Of a DNA stretch of 64,000 nt, positions 58,401 to 64,000 are shown piece by piece (position 1 is the stretch's first letter; each line of letters begins with the position of its first letter). Below the pieces are notes generated by a model that saw only the letters and a list, made by a program, of their open reading frames with translations, had not been told where the DNA came from and ran no database searches. Source of the stretch: an uncultured Candidatus Saccharibacteria bacterium (GTDB lineage Bacteria; Patescibacteriota; Minisyncoccia; Phycocordibacterales; JACOZG01); contig CAZYLF010000002.1 of NCBI GenBank assembly GCA_964648765.1, positions 68,579-132,578 on the forward strand. Direction: 5' to 3'. Made by a program: the position numbers and the translations under genes.

Positions 58401-60027
58401 CCGGATTAACTACATAATTCCCCGCACTAGGATTGGTATTAGGGATATCACGCACTGTGGCTACCACCTGTCCAGTGCTCGCATTTAATCTTTCAAGATT
58501 CAACTTTTCTGTGGTTGGCAAATTGTTGCTCCAGGCCACAACTTGGTTTGAACCTGCTGGCCAATTTGCACCAGCTAGTGGTGAGGTGAAATTGATATTA
58601 TAAGTTGGCGCTGTGTACGGCACCACATCAAACACACCACTTTTGGCCACTTGAACTAGTACACCAGAAACAAGATTCACTGGGGCAACTTCAAAATAAT
58701 ATTTACCGGCAGTAATATCGCTTGGCAAAATTTGGATGCTCTGATTGCTATCATTTGGACTAGTAACTTGTAGTATTTGAGTGCCAGCCGAGCTCCAGGT
58801 ATTAAACTTCATTAATCGGACATTCATTTGTGTGTTTGCGAGAATATCGGGCGTTGTTTGCCAAGTCACATTTACAAAATCTCCACCCATAAATTGGCTT
58901 GAATTATATTGACTTTGGCCAGATGGTGGCCACTGGTCCCCGCCCAAAGGAGCAGTTACTGTAGCATTATAAATACTAGGATTTACCATCTTGATAGTCA
59001 CCGGTGACACGACTTTGGCACCTGTAAACACTCCTGGTGCAGAAATTTCTCTGACCTCTAAAGTGTAATCACCCGTTGGAATATTTTGTAAAGTAGAAAT
59101 CTGTGGCACAACCCCATAACAAGTGCCATTTGCGGCAACACCACTTGATCCAGCAAGATAGGTGTTAGCGGTAGCGGTTTTTCGTATAACATAAGCCTCA
59201 ACGTTTCTTGTTGGGTTAACACCAATACAACCGATTGTTGCTGGCGAAGCTGTATTATTCCAAAAAGTTGTCCCTGTACTCCCGTCATATGGAGCACTTA
59301 AAGTAATATTACTTGGAGCAACAATAGTAAATGGTGGGGTAAATCCTGTTATGGTGTAACTGCCATAACTACGATAAAGCTCGAGCTGGAATTGCCCTCC
59401 TCCCCATGCGTTAGCGGGAACTGGGATCGTCATTGATCCAGTATTGGGAACATTTGATCCTTGGGCCACCGATAGACCAGTTGTTAAACTATAGAGTTTC
59501 CAATTAAGAGTAAAACTTGAAGAAACATTGGGAGAAGTCCAGGTGACGTTGGCTGAAGTCCCTGCCGTCCACTGCGTTGAAGAACTGGGATTAGAGATGT
59601 TAATCAAGCGAGCGCTGGCCGTTGGCGCCACAGTAATCACTGGAGTTTGGCTTTCATAAAGTGTCCCAGGCAAACCATACCTTAAACGAAGAAAATACTT
59701 CCCTGGCATAATCACCCCAGGAGAATTAAAAAGTGGTGGGACAGTGTAAGTAAAACTTTTAGGATCTGGATTTGGTTGAGAAAAATCGCTAAAAATAGTG
59801 TACTGAAGGGAAGGGAAATCTTTATTAACTAAATATGCCCGATTGGGTGATGTCGAAATATTTGGGCTAGACCAACTCACAGTGTAAGTTTGGCCAGGCT
59901 GCCAAGTTGTATCAGATGATGGTGAAGTAAACGTTGCTGCGAGTGGCGTCTGAGCTTGGGTTAAAGAAAACAAACCAAAAAATACTACGAGACTAACTCC
60001 GGAAGATAATAATATTTTTTTTAACAT
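55483..60027 (-). CDS. Giant (1514 aa) secreted surface protein: N-terminal tandem ~100-aa beta modules, GW-rich module, tandem InlB B-repeat-like domains, Cys-rich C-terminus
   Basis: Signal peptide. Repeats xFTSPxxxxxWxxGxxxxVxW occur at least 5 times. GWAWSSGMGWIYFGP...GFAWGPNIGWIEFDPSGPYP...GWARACSVFVTGCMG...EWDGWIKM. Repeated TVTANPSSGSKFISPWTG..C...F units. Confidence 0.65.
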   Translation of the reverse strand: MLKKILLSSGVSLVVFFGLFSLTQAQTPLAATFTSPSSDTTWQPGQTYTVSWSSPNISTSPNRAYLVNKDFPSLQYTIFSDFSQPNPDPKSFTYTVPPLFNSPGVIMPGKYFLRLRYGLPGTLYESQTPVITVAPTASARLINISNPSSSTQWTAGTSANVTWTSPNVSSSFTLNWKLYSLTTGLSVAQGSNVPNTGSMTIPVPANAWGGGQFQLELYRSYGSYTITGFTPPFTIVAPSNITLSAPYDGSTGTTFWNNTASPATIGCIGVNPTRNVEAYVIRKTATANTYLAGSSGVAANGTCYGVVPQISTLQNIPTGDYTLEVREISAPGVFTGAKVVSPVTIKMVNPSIYNATVTAPLGGDQWPPSGQSQYNSSQFMGGDFVNVTWQTTPDILANTQMNVRLMKFNTWSSAGTQILQVTSPNDSNQSIQILPSDITAGKYYFEVAPVNLVSGVLVQVAKSGVFDVVPYTAPTYNINFTSPLAGANWPAGSNQVVAWSNNLPTTEKLNLERLNASTGQVVATVRDIPNTNPSAGNYVVNPVPNAPGAYKYRLSSAFGRPNSSGESGVFNIVGSGAPSISITSPTSSPSTLPLYISQNYLVNWNNNNIPNTSRFTVTLHQSFNSVPQPAIFHDFTPTPISFNDHFTITIPQSLAQAGGYPSGDYDIQVCALPVSGIVPITCDYLGKIKIASLKISVSFPQSGEIWRTGVSPLPINSVRWNAPSIVPATQSISAQLFTEQGIPQQAPFSLGVNDGHYASLVPTVPTGNYYYELDTANIGALDIAPGRSGMFTITNNYGNYHSTGTDRLTGWAWSSGMGWIYFGPANSTSFFDEYGVKVDENNNNNLNGFAWGPNIGWIEFDPSGPYPDSNTPPYSSRLTGVTPNQKIEGWARACSVFVTGCMGNMRHVALRGEWDGWIKMNGTWSNGVAVKVDATSGARNLVGYAWGSNNLGWVSFCDEAGGTHCTNLPPVTQPLPTFELRTVISPQSTGTGSISVSPAGLPCATPSPSCYRYTAGTLVTVTANPSSGSKFISPWTGVACSNATVGSCNTASFTFPKSGSLDLAIARFDVQKYQFSTIKIGTGDGNIAVSPVGSPCAPQVAGCYMYDLGTVITVTGNPVSGSKFVSPWTGSACGTATTGACDTQTFIFTKNNGIQTSIGKFDLDDGGCSSPPCGGGTNYTVTVNLQELDGVTNGQVTNGTGISCLTNGASGCTKSYPAGTSVVLSVPSVSTLSPTVFTGWSGGGCSGPGILCNLGTLNSDKTVTATFKRFILNLDVAGENPGEYVTGLGTNCTASCSKTYTATTSVTLTANPAGLNRSVTWSGAGSACSGNTCTVNVDGVKDVIATFGQTTASGINFRVSATTQITSTDPQFAALRIFNDDTSNAKFCISSIVSRDQDPDYFGKSMQTIINDSGCGQVSHPVCDFKTSDGNGLQICTPSNDIAGPSGTVNAGSSSQVNIHIYQSTCLADIELASPYDLKVYVCNETATHPNNVKKSNLLVNFPGICEGNPDDCK

Positions 60028-60030
60028 TTT

Positions 60031-61344
60031 CTATTTGAAACAAATTGCCTCACAGGTCGCTCCACGGTATTGGAGCACCCAGGGTTTGGTGGCGCCAGCA
60101 GCCATAGAAGTTCCAGGATCTAATATTACTTTGCATAACCCTGGGCCAACCTGGGCATCATCTGGTATATCTTGCACACCAGTTAAGAAGCATAACTTAG
60201 CGTTTATAAAAAATTCCTGTGGAAGAGTGTCGATGCTGCCAGTATCAGAATGTGTCTGTGAATAAACCGTAAAAGTATCGCCGATCGGCAAGCTTTTCCA
60301 CTCCGCATTCCCGGAAGTGTCTTTTGATGCTAGAACCTTACCAACTCCAGGTGTGCCACCACCAATTCTAATATTGTTATTGACATCCAGATCACTCCCA
60401 ACAAGCAGACCACCACTAAAAGTTCCCTTGCCGACTGAATTCATGGTCAGGCCCTCATTGTCATTATCACCAGAAATCCAATGGCCGTTTAGATTAAGTG
60501 TCTGTAGGGCAACATGATTCCCTAAATTATCTGGTTGGGTTCCACCTGTACCTCCAGCGTTATCGATAGCACATTGCCAACCTGAACCCGTATTTTTAAG
60601 AATATAGTTAGTGGGGCAAGTTTTGAGAGATAGAATTGGATTTGATTGAGTGCCCGATAAAATTAAGCCGTCACCAGCACCCACACTCACACTACTACCA
60701 GTAGCAGTACCACAAACCCAAGCCGAGCCATTCCACTGTAGAACTTGGTTGAGGCCGCAATTACTTGGTGGCTGGAATCCTCCGCCTCCACCACCCGAAT
60801 TAGTATCAGTATTTAGAATAACAAGGGTTTCCTCTGTGGTTCCGTCGCCGTCGACATCCCTCATACTCCTCACAAATCCAATTGGCCCACCAGAGTCCAG
60901 CATTAAGTTACCTTTAGAGTTCGTTGGGCTCATTGAAGTTAATTGGCCAGTACCAAAATTAGCCAACTCTTTAAAAATAATTTTTTTATAACCTCCCAAA
61001 TCTGCTGCCTTCGTACAATTATTACCATCCTTATCACAGTAATCAGTGGCACCAACTTTACCCTCAACATCTAAGAGAAGGTTAGGGCTGGGGGTTTCGT
61101 TGGCAGCACCACCTACTACCATGCCAGTGAGAGCGCGGAAGAGGCCGAGGATGCTTAAGCCACCATCTTTGATTTGGGGAGTAGCTGATGAGTCGATAGG
61201 TGGATTACAGCCTGGGTAGCCATCTGGGCACAGTGGGGCTTGGCCACTGCCTGGTGGGGGGTTATAGGCGGCGTGGGTGGGAGTAATGGAGAAAATTAAA
61301 ACGCTAAGTAAAATAAAGAAAGAAGTAACAATTAACTTTGCCAT
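60031..61344 (-). CDS. Secreted Gly/Asn/Thr-rich protein with paired-Cys motifs (adhesin or fibre-like)
   Basis: Signal peptide MAKLIVTSFFILLSVLIFSITPTHA. Motifs C-x5-L-x-W-N-G-S-x-W-x-C. First gene of the three-gene secreted-protein operon. Confidence 0.55.
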   Translation of the reverse strand: MAKLIVTSFFILLSVLIFSITPTHAAYNPPPGSGQAPLCPDGYPGCNPPIDSSATPQIKDGGLSILGLFRALTGMVVGGAANETPSPNLLLDVEGKVGATDYCDKDGNNCTKAADLGGYKKIIFKELANFGTGQLTSMSPTNSKGNLMLDSGGPIGFVRSMRDVDGDGTTEETLVILNTDTNSGGGGGGFQPPSNCGLNQVLQWNGSAWVCGTATGSSVSVGAGDGLILSGTQSNPILSLKTCPTNYILKNTGSGWQCAIDNAGGTGGTQPDNLGNHVALQTLNLNGHWISGDNDNEGLTMNSVGKGTFSGGLLVGSDLDVNNNIRIGGGTPGVGKVLASKDTSGNAEWKSLPIGDTFTVYSQTHSDTGSIDTLPQEFFINAKLCFLTGVQDIPDDAQVGPGLCKVILDPGTSMAAGATKPWVLQYRGATCEAICFK

Positions 61345-61395
61345 ATATTTAGTTTTATTCTCTAAATAATAGCAAACAAAACTTAACTTATCTTA

Positions 61396-62373
61396 TTACT
61401 TATCCACATTAAGTGGCTTTGGTACCAACTTTTCTTTCAAAGTTGCCACGATCTCACCAATTTCACCTTGAAAAATTTTAGGTAAGTTATGCCAATTCTC
61501 TTTTATTCGATGATCGGTGAGACGATCTTGGGCAAAGTTGTAAGTGCGGATTTTCTCCGAGCGATCAGCGGTGCCAATTTGCTCTTTACGCTTCACGCTA
61601 TCGCTCGCACTTGCACGCTCTTTTTCTATCTCCTCAAGTTTACCAGCCAAAATCAACATGGCCTTCTCTTTGTTTCTGCCCTGACTACGCTCACTCTGGC
61701 AACGCACCACAATCCCTGAAGGTTTATGTAAAACTCTCACAGCTGTTTCCACTTTGTTCACATTTTGCCCCCCTGCTCCACCAGAGCGCGTGGTAGTAAT
61801 TTCTAAATCATTTGGATTAATTTGAATTTCACTAACTTCTCTAATCGGCATGATCGCCACTGAAACAGTACTAGTATGAACTCTCCCCTGCTTCTCCGTG
61901 GCCGGAATCCGCTGCACTCGATGCACACCAGTTTCAAAACGTAAATCACTGTAAGCCCCCTCACCTGCCACTTCAAATGAGGCATCTTTAAAACCACCCA
62001 TCGTGGACTCCGATTTATCTACTAAAGTGTAAGTCCACCCCTTTAAAGTGGCGTAACGTTCATACATCTCCGATAGTTCAGTAGCAAAAAGTGAAGCTTC
62101 ATCACCACCAGCGCCAGCGCGAATTTCTAAAATCAATGCTGTTGGGTCCCCCTCGTCGAGAGAATCCTTATTTGTAATTGACTCCATCTGCTTCACCAGC
62201 TCCGCTTTCTCTGCTTCAAGTTTTGCCACCTCATCACTTACCATTGTTTTAAGTGACGGATCCGATTCATCTTTATTCAAGTCTAAAACACCTTGGATAT
62301 CTAAATCCAACTTATCGTACACACTCATCAAATAGGAAGTTTTATGATTTTTTCTCCAGGCTTCGAGATTCAT
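61396..62373 (-). CDS. prfA: Peptide chain release factor 1
   Basis: GGQ motif [19 protein letters not shown]1-type PxT tripeptide [17 protein letters not shown] (not the RF2 SPF). No internal frameshift site. Confidence 0.85.
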   Translation of the reverse strand: MNLEAWRKNHKTSYLMSVYDKLDLDIQGVLDLNKDESDPSLKTMVSDEVAKLEAEKAELVKQMESITNKDSLDEGDPTALILEIRAGAGGDEASLFATELSEMYERYATLKGWTYTLVDKSESTMGGFKDASFEVAGEGAYSDLRFETGVHRVQRIPATEKQGRVHTSTVSVAIMPIREVSEIQINPNDLEITTTRSGGAGGQNVNKVETAVRVLHKPSGIVVRCQSERSQGRNKEKAMLILAGKLEEIEKERASASDSVKRKEQIGTADRSEKIRTYNFAQDRLTDHRIKENWHNLPKIFQGEIGEIVATLKEKLVPKPLNVDK

Positions 62374-62376
62374 TAT

Positions 62377-62682
62377 CTAAGCAACATTTGCTGCTTCACT
62401 TTCTTCAACTTTTTCTTCTTTTTCTGCGCGAACTTTTTTAGGGGCTTTTTTAGGAATCGCACTTGACTTCTCACGGCGATTTTTAAACTTCTCTACACGG
62501 CCAGCGCTATCAATAACCTTTTCGTTACCCGAAAAGAATGGGTGACAATTACTGCAAATTTCAATTTCTAATTTTTCTTTAGTTGAACCCACAGTAAAAG
62601 AGGCGCCACAAGCGCAAATAACCTTTGCTTCAGGGTAAAATTTTGGGTGAATATCCTTTTTCATAGTAGCCAAAACTAACAT
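62377..62682 (-). CDS. rpmE: 50S ribosomal protein L31 with a Lys/Glu-rich C-terminal extension
   Basis: [46 protein letters not shown]. Confidence 0.9.
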   Translation of the reverse strand: MLVLATMKKDIHPKFYPEAKVICACGASFTVGSTKEKLEIEICSNCHPFFSGNEKVIDSAGRVEKFKNRREKSSAIPKKAPKKVRAEKEEKVEESEAANVA

Positions 62683-62686
62683 TTAT

Positions 62687-63994
62687 TTAACTATTTTGCA
62701 ACACGTTGATCATATTCTCTTGGATATCAGCCGCTTTTTGCATTACCTGGTCACCATAAAAGGCGTTTGACTGTTTAAACCAATTTCCCCCCGCATAATA
62801 GCGTAAGGCCGCCTCGCGCTCGGCTGTGTAACCGCCACGCGCCGCGCCCAGGTCACGTAAAAAGAGGGCGGAGGCGGTAAATGCGTGTTCCGGTTCCCAA
62901 GGATTGGCCGCAGTTTTGCCAAGCAAACTAGCTACCTTTGGCGCGTAACTTTCCCAAGTTGTAGGGATAAATTGTGACGGTCCCATTGCCCCACCCCAGC
63001 CATTGCCCCACGGGCAAGAAAGCGGCATTAATTCCGGATCCAAACCAAGAGCTTTGGTAATACGTAAATAAGCAGATTGATCATCACGTGATGACTTCCC
63101 CGCGGCCTTATCTTGTGGCCCGGGCATAATCAACTTCCAATGTTTGGCTGGTGGATCAATTGGACGATTACAGGTGCCCACATTTTCACCCAAATTAGTT
63201 TCTTGTTTTAAAATCGCCAAGAGGAAGGCAGGTCGAACCCCGGTTTTAGCAAAAGCTTGGTTGGCATACTTAAGCGCTGTGCCAAACGGAATAGCGGCTG
63301 TGTCGCGAAGTGCAAAAAGTGCGGTTCTGATCTCTGCCGCTCGTCTTTGCCGGGCCTGAAGCACGGTATTGTAAGCCACCTCTTGAGATTTACTCATCGC
63401 TAAAAGATTTTTCTTTTCTGCTTCTTTGGTAGCAATCAATCTCCTCTCAACTTCAATTGCTTTTTGAGCATCAATCTCAGCTTTTTGACGACCCTCTAAA
63501 CCTACCCGCTCCTTTTCTGTTGTTGTTTTATTTTCCCTCATCTCCTGAAAAGATTGGTGGATAGAACCTTGCACAAACTCGAGTTCATCCACCCCAGATG
63601 AAATTGTGGAAAATTGGTCTTTTGAAAGCACTGCCTCCACTAAAGAGATCGAGTCAAACTCTCTAGTTTTACGTAAAAGTTCTGCTAGCGACTTCTTCTC
63701 TTCTTCAATTTTTTCTTCTAAAGTTTTGATTGCGGCTTTCTTTTTATTAATATCCCCACCAAGTTGTTCAATATTAATTTGCTTAGCCTTAATATTTAAT
63801 TTGGCCCGCTCAATTTGCGCAGTGAGAATCGCTACATCTCGGCCAATACTTGCCGTTTCCGCTTGTTTAGTTTGAAGAAGGATCGACTGGATCTGAATCT
63901 GCCTCTCCACATCTTTTAATTCAGCCTCCAAGACGGCCTTTTTAGCTTGCGCCACATCTGTTTGTGCCTCCACGTAAGTAAACGAGGTAGCCAA
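62687..63994 (-). CDS. Coiled-coil protein with a C-terminal lysozyme-like/lytic-transglycosylase-like domain; may extend beyond the window at the N-terminus
   Basis: About 230 aa of heptad-like K/E/A/L-rich coiled coil, then AILKQETNLGEN...GAMGPSQFIPTTWESY, which resembles an SLT/GH23 catalytic Glu region. Confidence 0.4.
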   Translation of the reverse strand: MATSFTYVEAQTDVAQAKKAVLEAELKDVERQIQIQSILLQTKQAETASIGRDVAILTAQIERAKLNIKAKQINIEQLGGDINKKKAAIKTLEEKIEEEKKSLAELLRKTREFDSISLVEAVLSKDQFSTISSGVDELEFVQGSIHQSFQEMRENKTTTEKERVGLEGRQKAEIDAQKAIEVERRLIATKEAEKKNLLAMSKSQEVAYNTVLQARQRRAAEIRTALFALRDTAAIPFGTALKYANQAFAKTGVRPAFLLAILKQETNLGENVGTCNRPIDPPAKHWKLIMPGPQDKAAGKSSRDDQSAYLRITKALGLDPELMPLSCPWGNGWGGAMGPSQFIPTTWESYAPKVASLLGKTAANPWEPEHAFTASALFLRDLGAARGGYTAEREAALRYYAGGNWFKQSNAFYGDQVMQKAADIQENMINVLQNS

Positions 63995-64000
63995 AAGTAC

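Noticed and set aside
53744-61344. Diversity-generating retroelement targeting the surface proteins
   Set aside because: No reverse-transcriptase gene or template/variable repeat pair is visible in this window. The repeats seen are protein-domain paralogy, not nucleotide-identical TR/VR.
61396-62373. Expected RF2 programmed +1 frameshift site
   Set aside because: The protein carries the RF1-type PAT tripeptide, not the RF2 SPF, and is a single uninterrupted ORF. It is therefore prfA, and no frameshift is expected.
1-64000. CRISPR arrays, rRNA genes, transposases or integrases
   Set aside because: No regularly spaced direct repeats, no 16S/23S/5S-like sequence and no DDE or tyrosine-recombinase motifs were found on reading both strands. 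The only RNA gene recognised is tRNA-Thr.

Overview
Reduced-genome bacterial segment, CPR/Patescibacteria-like in gene content. It uses the standard genetic code: gyrB ends in TGA, RF1 is present, and GTG/TTG starts occur. Both strands are almost fully coding and dominated by core information-processing genes. Left to right these are: a membrane-anchored spermidine synthase operon, a K+ channel, tsaC, a DsbA-like protein, a contiguous rpoB-rpoC-dnaG-rpoD operon, LemA/TPM, trmD-khpA-rpsP, RNase R, a short SMC, rnc, a NusB-NUDIX fusion, rpmF, rnhB, dnaE, a truncated thrS, gyrB, a monomeric-type pheS, an amino-acid ABC transporter, tRNA-Thr(UGU), tsf-rpsB, three tandem giant secreted proteins, prfA and rpmE. 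Three blocks interrupt this backbone and look accessory. The first is a 3-gene operon on the minus strand (SpoVT/AbrB-like small protein, HTH protein, MORC/HtpG-type GHKL ATPase) with a divergent 2-gene unit, inserted between rpsP and rnr at about 26.3-30.3 kb; it has its own promoter and terminators. The second is a seven-gene envelope operon (1.2-8.7 kb) ending in a transmembrane-fused SpeE. The third is a small island with Zn-ribbon genes (41.8-42.9 kb). There is also a promoter- and terminator-bounded non-coding stretch downstream of gyrB that looks like an unassigned small RNA. No CRISPR array, rRNA, transposase or integrase was seen. All family assignments come from motifs read by eye in the translations; no searches were run.
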